Source: Dehalococcoidia bacterium (GTDB lineage Bacteria > Chloroflexota > Dehalococcoidia > UBA2979). Taken from it: DNA of 64,000 nucleotides. The translations under genes were made by a program, and so were the position numbers. The notes beneath the pieces are model-generated. The model saw only the letters and a list, made by a program, of their open reading frames with translations, had not been told where the DNA came from and did not search any database. Below, one piece after another: positions 17,744-26,980 of this stretch (position 1 is its first letter; every line of letters starts with the position of its first letter). The stretch lies in the NCBI GenBank assembly GCA_964291495.2, contig OZ219871.1, forward strand, positions 800,001-864,000. Direction: 5' to 3'.

Positions 17744-18241
17744 TCAGAAGAGGCCGCGGTCCTTGAGGCTGACGGCGCTGCCCGGCCCGCCGATCACGAC
17801 GTGGTCGAGGAGGGTGACGCCGAGCAGCTTCGCCGCCTCGGCGAGGTCCTTCGTGACCCTGATGTCATCGGGACTGGGCGTTGGGTCACCCGACGGGTGG
17901 TTGTGGGCCACGATGATGTTGGGGGCGGCGACCACCACCGCCGGGCGCAGCACCTCGGCCGGCCTGACGACGCTGGAATAGGCGTTGCCCTGGTAGATCA
18001 CCCGCTGCCCCACGACGCGGTTCTTGCGGTCCAGCAGCAGCACCCGCACCTGCTCCTGCGCGAGCGCTCCCATCTCCGGCCCCAGCAGCCGCTGCACGGC
18101 CTGCGGGGAGCAGAGGGCGGGGGCGTCGGGGTCGCGCTCCGGGAGCGTCTCGACCTCGTAGCGCACCGCCAGCTCGCCGAGGACGTGCAGGTTCTGGCGC
18201 AGGGCCTCCAGCACGGCGTCGGCGTGCCCCGGGGCGCTCAC
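17744..18241 (-). CDS. radC: RadC-like JAB domain protein
   Basis: QEQVRVLLLD...AHNHPSGDPTPSPDD...LLDHVVIG. Confidence 0.9.
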   Translation of the reverse strand: MSAPGHADAVLEALRQNLHVLGELAVRYEVETLPERDPDAPALCSPQAVQRLLGPEMGALAQEQVRVLLLDRKNRVVGQRVIYQGNAYSSVVRPAEVLRPAVVVAAPNIIVAHNHPSGDPTPSPDDIRVTKDLAEAAKLLGVTLLDHVVIGGPGSAVSLKDRGLF

Positions 18242-18774
18242 GCCGCCACCTCCACGGGGATCGCCTGCCCCAGCGGGCAGATGCAGTCCTCGTGGTCGGG
18301 TGAGTGCTCGTCGTCGCAGTCGAGGCAGTTGCCGCAGTTGCTGCAGGCCACGCGCTGGTGGGCGGCATCGCGGGCATGCCGCCGCGCGACCGTCGCCTCC
18401 CAGCAGCAGTTGCGCTCGCAGTTGTCGCCGTGGTCGTCCTCGGAGACCACGCCGTCCCGCTCGCACTCGCGGCAGTGGGTGCCCCCGGGGATGACGGGGT
18501 AGCCGCAGCCCGCGCAGTCCCCGCCGTACTCGCCATGCGCCTCGAGCTCGCGCCGCACGATCGCCGTGGCGAGGGGGTTGCCGCCGGGTCCATCGGACTC
18601 GGCGACGTAGTGCCAGGCCCACCTCGCCCCGAGGTCGGCCCAGTCGTTCGTGCGGTAGGACCAGCGGTCGCAGGTGCAGTGGCCGTTGAAGGGCTCGTCG
18701 CCCTCCAGCAGGGTCATGACCAGCGTGTGCGCGCTCCAGGTCGGGAGTGCGTCGCGTTCGGTGTTGGTCGCCAT
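18238..18774 (-). CDS. Cysteine-rich hypothetical protein
   Basis: 15 Cys in 178 aa, arranged as CxC/CxxC clusters; AAGGAG RBS; coupled to radC. Confidence 0.7.
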   Translation of the reverse strand: MATNTERDALPTWSAHTLVMTLLEGDEPFNGHCTCDRWSYRTNDWADLGARWAWHYVAESDGPGGNPLATAIVRRELEAHGEYGGDCAGCGYPVIPGGTHCRECERDGVVSEDDHGDNCERNCCWEATVARRHARDAAHQRVACSNCGNCLDCDDEHSPDHEDCICPLGQAIPVEVAA

Positions 18775-18891
18775 CTTCGGTTCTCCTTCGTGGTCTTGCC
18801 GTTCGGGTGGAACGAGAGCGGGGCCGCCCCCGTGAGGGAGCGGCCCCGTTGTGCGCCCGCGCTCAGGCGGGCGGCGTGTTGCGTGCCGTGG

Positions 18892-19296
18892 CTAGAAGGG
18901 CTGGTCGTCCGCGACCCCGGCGGCGGCCGCCTCGCGGCTGCCGTTGCCGTTGGAGCGGCCGTTGCCGCCGTTGCCGTTCGAGTCGAGGAAGATGATCTCC
19001 TGCGCGTGCACCTCGGTGCGGTAGACGCGCTCGCCGTCCTCGCGCTCGTAGCTGTTCTGCGCTAGCGAGCCCGCGACGAACACCCTGTTGCCCTTCTGGA
19101 CGTACTCGGAGACGGCCTCGGCGAGCTTTCCCCAGCAGACGACGTTGTGCCAGTCGGCCTCGGTCTCGCCGTTCTGGCGGCGACGGTCGGTCGCCAGCCT
19201 GAGCTGGCAGACGGCGGTGCCGTTCTGGCTGTACTTGAGGTCCGGCTCGACGCCGACCCGGCCCAGCAGCTCGACGCGGTTCATGGTGCGTGACAT
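18892..19296 (-). CDS. ssb: Single-stranded DNA-binding protein
   Basis: MNRVELLGR...WHNVVCWGKLAE...KG..V.V.G; acidic DDQPF tail. Confidence 0.95.
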   Translation of the reverse strand: MSRTMNRVELLGRVGVEPDLKYSQNGTAVCQLRLATDRRRQNGETEADWHNVVCWGKLAEAVSEYVQKGNRVFVAGSLAQNSYEREDGERVYRTEVHAQEIIFLDSNGNGGNGRSNGNGSREAAAAGVADDQPF

Positions 19297-19494
19297 TTCA
19301 AATCTCCTTCTTGTGGTAGTGGTTGGTGTCACTTGTGGGGGTAGCGGTGAGACCGCCACCCGGGCGTAGACGACTGCGGGGCCGCCCCGGAGGACGGCCC
19401 CGTTCGCGCTCCCCCTCGGGGAGCGGCTCTTCAAGCCTGGGTCTGATGCTGCGCTCGATAGGCGCCTCCTTCCTTCGGTGGATTGCCGGGCCGC

Positions 19495-20226
19495 TCAGGC
19501 GGCCTGCGGCGTTTCCGTCAGGCCGTCCTCCCGCAGCTTGCGGGCGGCGGCCTCGACCAGCGGGGTGAGGGTCGCGGCGGGCAGCTCGTCGAGGTCGCGG
19601 CCGGTGCGCTCGCGCACGGCCGACCGCACCTTCGCCTCGTCGAAGCCGCGGCGCGCGCTCAGGTCGATGAGCGTCGTCCGCAGCGAGGGCGCGAGGTCGC
19701 CCGCCGCGCCGTCGCCGTAAAGCCCGTTGCCGAACTGGTCGCCGTAGCTCCTGAGCGCCCGCTTGAGCGCGTCCGTCACCGCTCCTTTCCAGGCGGTCTC
19801 GTGGCCCTCGACGGTCTCCTCGGCGACGGCCTGGAAGCCCGTGTCGGTGCGCGGCTGCGAGCCGGGGACGGTGACCCGCACGGTGGCGGCGTAGGCCCGC
19901 CAGGGCTTCGCCTCCCCCGTCTCCTGGTCGACGCTCTCGCCCTCGCGGAGGACGACCTCGCCGACGAGGTCGTATCCCCAGCCGCCGTAGCCGAAGACGC
20001 GGTTGGCCTGCTCGATGGCCGTGCGGCCCTCGAGGTAGGCGAAGCTGCGGCCCTTGCGCCCCCGGCGGTGCGAGACGAGCCCCTCGTCGAGGGGGTCGGC
20101 CAGCTTCGTGGTGACGGCGGGCGGGAGGCTCTCCCACATCAGGTCGGGCTCGCGGATCGGCTCGGAGTGGGCGCCGTTGGCGCTCGCCCCGTTCCGGCGG
20201 CCGTTGAGGGTGGTGGTCTCTGCCAT
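19495..20226 (-). CDS. Rad52/Rad22 (Sak)-family ssDNA annealing protein
   Basis: AYLEG..AIEQANRVFGYGGW; A.KGAVTDALKRALRSYGDQFGNGLY. Confidence 0.9.
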   Translation of the reverse strand: MAETTTLNGRRNGASANGAHSEPIREPDLMWESLPPAVTTKLADPLDEGLVSHRRGRKGRSFAYLEGRTAIEQANRVFGYGGWGYDLVGEVVLREGESVDQETGEAKPWRAYAATVRVTVPGSQPRTDTGFQAVAEETVEGHETAWKGAVTDALKRALRSYGDQFGNGLYGDGAAGDLAPSLRTTLIDLSARRGFDEAKVRSAVRERTGRDLDELPAATLTPLVEAAARKLREDGLTETPQAA

Positions 20227-20425
20227 GTGTCTCTCCTTCGTGTGCATTGCCTCGGTGGACTGGTGCGGGCCGCCCCGCGCGGGGAGGCCCGTGCGCGGGG
20301 CGGAGCCCCGTCGGTCATGCGTCATCGCGCCTCCCCTCAGGTCGGCGGTTGATCGGCGGGCACGCGCAACCGGCCCGGCTCGAAACGAGCCGGGCTGTCG
20401 GTGCCTGCCGGGTGGGATGGGTGGG

Positions 20426-21472
20426 TCAGCGGGCGGCGCGGGCCGCCCGTTCGAGCAGGCGCAGGAAGGTCCCGCGCCCGTGTGGACTGGTGGCCAGGTC
20501 GGCCACGTCCGCGACGCCCTCGGGCAGCATGACGGCGGCGGCGCGGCGGCCCAGCAGGGAGCCCAGCGCCGCCGTGGCCTCGCGCCCGGCCTTGTCGTCG
20601 TCGAAGGCGAGGAAGACGCGGGGGCAGCCGCGCAGGGCGGCGGCCACGCGCTCCATCCCCTGTGTCCCCAGGGCGGCGCAGGCGGGGAGGCCCCACTCGC
20701 TGAGCAGGAGCCAGTCGAAGACGCCTTCCGCGACGACCGCCCACGGCGGCGCGGGGCCGAGTCGCCCGAGCCCGAGCACGGGCTTGGGGCCGGGCAGGGC
20801 CTGGAAGCGCGGCGAGCGCTCCGGGTCCGTGGCCCGCCCCGCCAGCCAGCGGACGCGGCCAGCGGCGATCTCGGGGACGGTGACCATGCCCGCGAAGCGC
20901 TCTCTACCGCGCTCCAGGAACAGCCCGCTCTCGCGGACCCGCCCGCTGGCGAAACCGGCGGAGGCGAGCGCCTCACGCAGCCCGCCCCCCGGTGCGTAGC
21001 CGAGGCCGAGCCGCAGAGCGGCGTCGATGCCGATGCCCCGCGAGGCGAGGTAGGCACGCGCCTCGCGGCTGCGGCGGAGTTGCCCGGCGTAGTGCCGCGC
21101 AGCCGCCTTCAGTAGCGCCGGGTCGGGCGGCGCAACCGCGAGGCGGTCGCGCCGCTCACGGGCCGAGTGGCGGACGGGGGCGGTGGTGGGAGGCGCGGCG
21201 TCGAGCCTGCGGATCGCCTCCGGCAGGCTCAGGTCTTCGATGCGCCGGATGAAGTCCAGCACATCTCCGCCCTCGCCGCAGCCGAAGCAGTACCACCGCT
21301 CGGTGTCGGCGTAGACCGTGAAGCTGCCCTCGGCCTCCTCGTGGAAGGGGCAGACGCCCTGGCGGACGCGGCCCCGGCCGCGCAGCCGCACGCCCGACGC
21401 CTCCACGACGTCGCCCAGCGGGTGGCGCTCCTTGAGCGCCGCGAGGTCCACCGTCGCGTGCGCGGCGGTCAC
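20426..21472 (-). CDS. DnaG-like primase (CHC2 Zn finger + Toprim)
   Basis: CPFH...WYCFGC..GGD; AEGVFD; FDDDKAG; DVAD. Confidence 0.9.
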   Translation of the reverse strand: MTAAHATVDLAALKERHPLGDVVEASGVRLRGRGRVRQGVCPFHEEAEGSFTVYADTERWYCFGCGEGGDVLDFIRRIEDLSLPEAIRRLDAAPPTTAPVRHSARERRDRLAVAPPDPALLKAAARHYAGQLRRSREARAYLASRGIGIDAALRLGLGYAPGGGLREALASAGFASGRVRESGLFLERGRERFAGMVTVPEIAAGRVRWLAGRATDPERSPRFQALPGPKPVLGLGRLGPAPPWAVVAEGVFDWLLLSEWGLPACAALGTQGMERVAAALRGCPRVFLAFDDDKAGREATAALGSLLGRRAAAVMLPEGVADVADLATSPHGRGTFLRLLERAARAAR

Positions 21473-21936
21473 TGCGAGCCGCCCTTCGCGAGGGGCCGCA
21501 GGCCCCGCAGGCTGCGCCGCGAGACGAGTTTGCCCGGCTCCCAGCGCATCCCCAGGACGGCCAGCACTTCCAGCGCCCCGCCCGGGTGCGGGGCGAGGAC
21601 GGCGGCCCGCCCCGTGCCTGGGCTGTAGACCAGCGCCTCGCGTCCGGCGAAGCGTCTGCGCGCCACGTCGATCCACTCGGCGAAGGCCCAGCGCGTCTCG
21701 CGCTCCGTGGCCTGCTTGAACTCCGCGCCGGCGAGGACCGCCAGCGCGCCGTCGAGGTCGCCCAGTTGCCTCAGCCGCCGCGCCTCGTGGACGCTGGCGG
21801 CGACGCCCTGCCCGCGCTCCGGGGGTGCTCCGAGGAGCGCCTCGAAGACGCGGTCGACCAGTTCCTCGAGGCTGCGTCCGGGCGGGTCTCCCGCCGTCGC
21901 CGCAGCCGTGCTCATCGTCGTCGTTGCCATCGTCAT
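21469..21936 (-). CDS. Hypothetical protein
   Basis: AAGGAGG RBS; GTGA overlap with the primase gene. Confidence 0.65.
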   Translation of the reverse strand: MTMATTTMSTAAATAGDPPGRSLEELVDRVFEALLGAPPERGQGVAASVHEARRLRQLGDLDGALAVLAGAEFKQATERETRWAFAEWIDVARRRFAGREALVYSPGTGRAAVLAPHPGGALEVLAVLGMRWEPGKLVSRRSLRGLRPLAKGGSQ

Positions 21937-22061
21937 CTCGTGCCTCCTTTTGGCGTTGTGTCGTGTCGGTGTCGTGCGCCCTCGCGGGCATGAAGCGGGG
22001 CCGCCCCCGGAGGGACGGCCCCATGTCTCGTGGTGGCCGGGCGGGCCGAGGCCCGCGGTCG

Positions 22062-22568
22062 TCAGGACCGGAACGCCCTCCTCGCCCTGCCGGGGAGGCC
22101 GGCGAGGAGCGCCGCGGCGACGCCGAGGGCGCCCACGTTCGCGGCGGCCGTCTCCAGGCCCTGACCGAGCAGCAGCGGCGCGGCCAGCAGCAGGGCGCCT
22201 CCCGCGACGAGCGCGAGCCCGCGTCCCGGCCACCGCCTGCGCGGAGCCCTGGCCGAGGTCTCTGCCACCGCCTCGTAGGCCGTCCAGATGGGCAGTCCGA
22301 CGACGCCCTCGAGGGCGGTCACGATATGGCCGCGCGTGCAGCCGCCGGTGTGACAGCGCACGTCGATGCCGTTGCCGTCGGGTCGCTGGCGGAACGCCAG
22401 CCCGCCGGGCTCGTCGCCCCCGTGGCAGATGGCGCTGCTCGTCCTGAACCAGCCCCGCTCGAAGCTCACTTCGTGCGGGACGAGGCTCGCGATGCGGCCC
22501 GCGCTCGGTCCCGTGTACCGCTGCGTGCCGGCGCGCATCTCCATCGCGTCTCCCTGTGCTGCGTGCAT
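22062..22568 (-). CDS. Hypothetical protein: primase-like Zn-finger region + two C-terminal TM helices
   Basis: CH...CHTGGC pattern; hydrophobic C-terminus; GGAGG RBS. Confidence 0.55.
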   Translation of the reverse strand: MHAAQGDAMEMRAGTQRYTGPSAGRIASLVPHEVSFERGWFRTSSAICHGGDEPGGLAFRQRPDGNGIDVRCHTGGCTRGHIVTALEGVVGLPIWTAYEAVAETSARAPRRRWPGRGLALVAGGALLLAAPLLLGQGLETAAANVGALGVAAALLAGLPGRARRAFRS

Positions 22569-23262
22569 TCCGTGACCTCCTTCGTCACTGCGTGCTCGTT
22601 GCTCGTGCTGGTGACCCGCGTCGGCATCCGGTGCACAGGTCATGGCTGGCTTGCTACTGGACTCACTCCGTCCACGGTTGGATGCCGAACCGGGGAAAGG
22701 GTGGCTGGGCCGCGCGCGTGCGAAGCGGCCGGCCTGCGAGTGACTCGCGAACCGGCTCGTCGTGAGGTGCGGCGGACGTGAGGAACCGGACGGGTGCGGG
22801 ACACACCTCGCCCAGGGACTCCGGGGTCGAGTTGCTGAACGCATCTCGCCCGCGGCATCCCGACCTTTGAAGCGGCGTCGGGGGAGCAATGCTCGACCCG
22901 TCCGTCACTTCCCGCGGCGGGAAGGCGGGTCTCCCTCACTGGCCGGCCGTCAGGAGAGCAGGGCTCGATCCGTTCCGGTCGTCCGGGTCCGGGATGGACC
23001 CTCCAGGTTCTATGGCGTGAAACCTGGCAAAGCCTGAAACCGATCCGAGTGTCGCCCACCGCCCGTGCCGAGGGAAGGGGTTTCGGGCCCCAGGGGCCAA
23101 AGTGTTCACTCCGGTTCAACAGGAATGCGACAACGCTTCGACTCTGGGCCTCTTGAGAGCCGCACACCGCGGTTGCGCTATCTCGGCGATGTCGGTCGAC
23201 GCGCAGATACTTCTCGGCGTAGAACGCGTGGGATGGCCAGTCACAGAAGCCGGGAGCGTGAG

Positions 23263-23883
23263 ATGTCAGCGCTGATCAAGCACCTGCAGGACTTCAACAG
23301 GAAGGAGCGCTTCATCCTCCTCCGCGAAGCGCTCGGCGCGGACACGTTCACGCTCGGTGACGACTTTCGTGAGCGCCTTCGAACGACGATAGACGTGGCG
23401 ATTCCCCCAGACGCCTTCGTCGCGATGGACTACCACCTCGACTGGCTGCAGATGGCCCTCTACTTCGCGGCCACACCTTCGCCGCCGTCCCCGATTCCGA
23501 ACGACGACCTGTTCATGGCCAACCCGGAAGACATCGACCTGCTCGTCGCGTTCGACGGCGATGACACGACGCACATCGTGCTGATCGAGGCGAAGATGGA
23601 GACCGGGTGGATTACCGAGCAACTCGACTCAAAGGCCCAGCGACTGGGGCGGATCTTCGGGGCTGGTCGGCCAGGTGCGGACTTGGCGACGCCTCATTTG
23701 GTGCTGGCGTCGCCGAAGAAGTCGGAGCGAGCCCTAGCCAGCGCGTGGCCTGAGTCGCTGGCCCGACGCGGTGCGCCTCGTTGGATGGTGTTGCCGCGAC
23801 CGCCTGGGCTTCAGAAGGTGACGCGATGTACCGTTGAGAAGAAGCAGTCCAAAGCGGGGCGTTACCTCAAGATTCACTCGTAG
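23263..23883 (+). CDS. PD-(D/E)XK nuclease-like protein
   Basis: DIDLLVAF...IVLIEAK. Confidence 0.6.
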   Translation: MSALIKHLQDFNRKERFILLREALGADTFTLGDDFRERLRTTIDVAIPPDAFVAMDYHLDWLQMALYFAATPSPPSPIPNDDLFMANPEDIDLLVAFDGDDTTHIVLIEAKMETGWITEQLDSKAQRLGRIFGAGRPGADLATPHLVLASPKKSERALASAWPESLARRGAPRWMVLPRPPGLQKVTRCTVEKKQSKAGRYLKIHS

Positions 23884-23900
23884 CGTCCAGCGAGTGGGCG

Positions 23901-24647
23901 CTACTTCCTCCACAGCCCGATGGTGAGCACGCGGCGCACCCAGCGCCAGAACACCGCCCGTCTTCGCTCCGCCCGCGCGTCGGCCAGCGACTGCTGCCGA
24001 CGCCGTAGCTCGTCCCGGCGGTCGAAGCGATCCCAGGGGTACGCGGCCGGCGGCAGCGTCAGTTCGTGCTCCCCGATGAGCGCGAGTTCCAGCTCCCGCA
24101 TGCGCTGCCAGGCCGTGGCCCTCGTCACACGGTCCTTGCCCTCGACGTGCTCGACGCGTACCCGTCGCCACTCCGCGATGAGGGGCGTCGCCTCGCCGTA
24201 GACCAGCTCCTCGCCGACCTCCGGTTCCAGCGTCACGAGCTGAGGGTAGGCCCGCCGAGAACCTGTGGCTGCTGGCTGCTCCATGGGAACCGTCGGTGCC
24301 GCTGAGCCCGAACCGGGAAAGGGTCTGTCCGCGCCATGTAGCTCCGCTGCCAGCGCGTCCACGCGCTCCTCGAGGCCTCTGAACTGGCGCGCGAGTTCAG
24401 CGGTGTCCGCTCCCTGCCGGCTGGCCGACTCGCGGCTCTCGGACAGCAGGTGCAGCTCCAGTGCGTCGCGCATGCGTGCGGTGAGCCTGCCGGATGCCAG
24501 GGCTCTGCTCAGTGTCCGGGCGCTGACGCCCAGTAGCTCCGCCGTCTCCTGCCGGCCCCCGGTTCCGATGAGCTCGTGGAGCAGGGCCAGCAGCCTCTCG
24601 TCCCCCGCCTTCTCGTCGGTCCCGCCCGCTCCTTCTCCCTCGTTCAT
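23901..24647 (-). CDS. HTH-containing hypothetical protein
   Basis: QETAELLGVSARTLSRAL helix-turn-helix. Confidence 0.65.
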   Translation of the reverse strand: MNEGEGAGGTDEKAGDERLLALLHELIGTGGRQETAELLGVSARTLSRALASGRLTARMRDALELHLLSESRESASRQGADTAELARQFRGLEERVDALAAELHGADRPFPGSGSAAPTVPMEQPAATGSRRAYPQLVTLEPEVGEELVYGEATPLIAEWRRVRVEHVEGKDRVTRATAWQRMRELELALIGEHELTLPPAAYPWDRFDRRDELRRRQQSLADARAERRRAVFWRWVRRVLTIGLWRK

Positions 24648-24952
24648 GGCTGGGCCTGGACCGGCGTTCTGTCCCTTCCCGTGGAACGAGCCCTTAGGCC
24701 GAGGTGTTCACACGAGACATCCTGTAGGGGCGCTTTTCCCCTGTAGTGCCTTGTCCTCAGGGGCGGTGGCCAGACTGTCACCAACGTCGATCTCCTGTAC
24801 AGGCCAATGACATCACGGGCGGGGTCTCGCGGGTGAGGTCCCGCAGGGGACTACATCGGTGAAGTCCCCCTCGGGGGACTGCCCTTCGCCGTCCCTCCCA
24901 CGACACTCCGCGCTCCGAAGAACACCAGCTTCTTCTTCGCGCGGAGGCGTCC

Positions 24953-25576
24953 ATGAGGCGGCAACCAGGAACGACGACCGATAGGGCGAGGCGGCTGCGG
25001 ACGCTGGCGGCGGCCCTGCTGCTGGTGGCGCTCGCGGCCGTCCCGTCGAGCGGCACAGCCCTCGCCCAGGAGCCGCCCGACCCCTACTCGCCCATCGTCC
25101 TCGTCAATGAGGACGAGGAGTTCATCGAGCGCAAGAAGGACGGGCGCTTCATCGCCCGTCCCGTCTTCGACCGGGAGCTGCCCGCCGTCTACTACGGCGT
25201 GCGCGACGGCGACACGGGCGAGTGGATCGCGCCGATGTTCCGCGTGCGCGGCGGCGAGAAGGAGCGCCGCGACGGCTGGGAGTACAGCTTCGAGTACCCC
25301 TTCGAGGAGGGCCAGACGGAGCTCGACCCCGAGCGCCCCTACCTGCTCGTCATCCTCGGACGCAGCTGGGCGGTGGACACCCCGCAGGCCTTCTACGCGG
25401 TGATCCCCATCCACGAGCCGGGCGGCATCTGGAACAAGGTGCTGCGCGCGCTCGACCCCCCGCGCTGGGGCAGGGCCGCTGCCGGCTGGGTGATCGAGGG
25501 TGCGCACGGGACGCTCTGCGGCGTCGTCGAGCGCGCCGCCGGCTCGGACGCCGACGCCTGCGAGGCGACCCCGTGA
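24953..25576 (+). CDS. Secreted/membrane conjugation-region protein
   Basis: Signal peptide ending ALA-Q; GGAGG RBS; first gene of the transfer operon. Confidence 0.7.
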   Translation: MRRQPGTTTDRARRLRTLAAALLLVALAAVPSSGTALAQEPPDPYSPIVLVNEDEEFIERKKDGRFIARPVFDRELPAVYYGVRDGDTGEWIAPMFRVRGGEKERRDGWEYSFEYPFEEGQTELDPERPYLLVILGRSWAVDTPQAFYAVIPIHEPGGIWNKVLRALDPPRWGRAAAGWVIEGAHGTLCGVVERAAGSDADACEATP

Positions 25577-26556
25577 GTGACATCTTCACGGGCACGCCGG
25601 CCGGCCTCACCTACGACCACGAGATCGTGCGCCAGGCGTGGACGGCGGTCTGGATCATCGCCTCGGGCGCGCTCGTCGTGATCATCGGCTGGATGGGGCT
25701 GAGCCTCATCATGGGCGACCACCTCGGACGGGCGCAGGCGGGCTGGCGCGAGCTGGTGCCGCGGCTCGGCCTGGGGCTGGTGGCCGCCGCCTCCTCGCTC
25801 TGGTGGTGCGCGCTCGTCATCGACGTGGCCGACGCCGTCTCCGGCTTCATCGCCGTGGAGCTGGGCGTGACCGCCGGCGACATGCTGCGCTCGACACTCC
25901 AGACCCTGCTCACCGCCGTGGCGGTCGGCAGCGTGGGGATGGCCCTGCTGCTCGCGCTGCTCTACCTCATCTACGCCTTCTTCGTGCTCTACCTCGTCGT
26001 GCAGATGGTGCTGCGCCTGGCGCTGATCGACATCCTGCTGGCGCTGGCGCCGATCGCGCTCGGGCTCTGGATCCTCCCCCACACCGCGGGCTGGGGCCGG
26101 CACTGGCTGCGGCTCTTCATGACGACCGTCTTCCAGCAGGCGATCCAGCTCGTGGCGCTGGCGCTCGGCATCGGCTTCCTCAACGAGTACGCCGCGATCG
26201 GCGGCGCCGACGCCGTCCAGGACCTCGTCTGGAAGCTCCTGATGGCGCTGGCGTTCATCTACCTGGCGACGCGGGTGCCCTCGATGCTCGGCAACGCCGG
26301 CACCTTCGATGCCTGGCTGCACACCCTCTACTTCGGCATGTCCCTGCCCGGCTCGATGGTCCGCTCGGCGCGCTCCGTGGGGCTGCTGCTGGGCGGGGGA
26401 GCGGCGGGCGGACCGGTGGGTGCGGCAGTCGCCGCCGGCGCTGCCGGTGGCGTGGCCTCGGCGGCCACCTCCGGCCTGCGCTCGGCAGCGGAGCTGGCGA
26501 CCCCCTCGGGCGGCGGCGAAGCGGCCGGCGGCGCGCCGCGGAGCAGCAGCGAGTAG
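25573..26556 (+). CDS. VirB6/TrbL-like polytopic membrane protein
   Basis: Multiple TM helices, RLALIDILLALAPIAL..W..W motif, Gly/Ala-rich tail. Confidence 0.8.
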   Translation: MSDIFTGTPAGLTYDHEIVRQAWTAVWIIASGALVVIIGWMGLSLIMGDHLGRAQAGWRELVPRLGLGLVAAASSLWWCALVIDVADAVSGFIAVELGVTAGDMLRSTLQTLLTAVAVGSVGMALLLALLYLIYAFFVLYLVVQMVLRLALIDILLALAPIALGLWILPHTAGWGRHWLRLFMTTVFQQAIQLVALALGIGFLNEYAAIGGADAVQDLVWKLLMALAFIYLATRVPSMLGNAGTFDAWLHTLYFGMSLPGSMVRSARSVGLLLGGGAAGGPVGAAVAAGAAGGVASAATSGLRSAAELATPSGGGEAAGGAPRSSSE

Positions 26557-26689
26557 CGACAAGCACGACGACAGCCGGGCGCGGTCAGCCCGCGCCCGTT
26601 CGGCGACGCGACGGAGGTGGGAGATGTGCCGGTAGGCGAACGGACCGAGGACCCGAGAGACCAACCACGACACGCAAGGAGCGAAACAC

Positions 26690-26971
26690 GTGGAAGACCT
26701 GACTCAGACCATCTCCAATCTGGTGGGCATCCTGCTCGGGGTCGTCGGCGCGATCGGCGTCGGCTTCTTCATCTACGGGGCCTACCTCTACCTCACCGCC
26801 TCGGGCGCGCCGCACCAGATGGAGCGGGGCAAGAGCGCGATGATGACCGCCCTCGCCGGCGTCGTGCTGGCGATGGTGGCCTTCGGCGTCGTCGAACTCG
26901 TGATGGACGCCGTGGTCGACCCGGTGGTCGACATCGACGACATCCCCGACCCCGAGACCACGGGCGGGTAG
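26690..26971 (+). CDS. VirB2/TrbC-like pilin
   Basis: Two TM helices around YLTASG...ERGK..M..AL.G. Confidence 0.8.
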   Translation: MEDLTQTISNLVGILLGVVGAIGVGFFIYGAYLYLTASGAPHQMERGKSAMMTALAGVVLAMVAFGVVELVMDAVVDPVVDIDDIPDPETTGG

Positions 26972-26980
26972 GGGCTCCCC

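Larger units (their letters stand above)
18818..22022 (-). repeat. Four dispersed copies of a GC hairpin motif (18818-18850, 19376-19404, 20265-20292, 21995-22022)
   Basis: Consensus GCGGG(G)CCGCCCC-loop-GG(G)A(C/G)GGCCC(C), each copy upstream of a minus-strand start codon. Confidence 0.7.

Noticed and set aside
13551-22568. Prophage interpretation of the primase/Sak/SSB block
   Set aside because: No terminase, capsid, tail or lysis genes; conjugation genes are present instead
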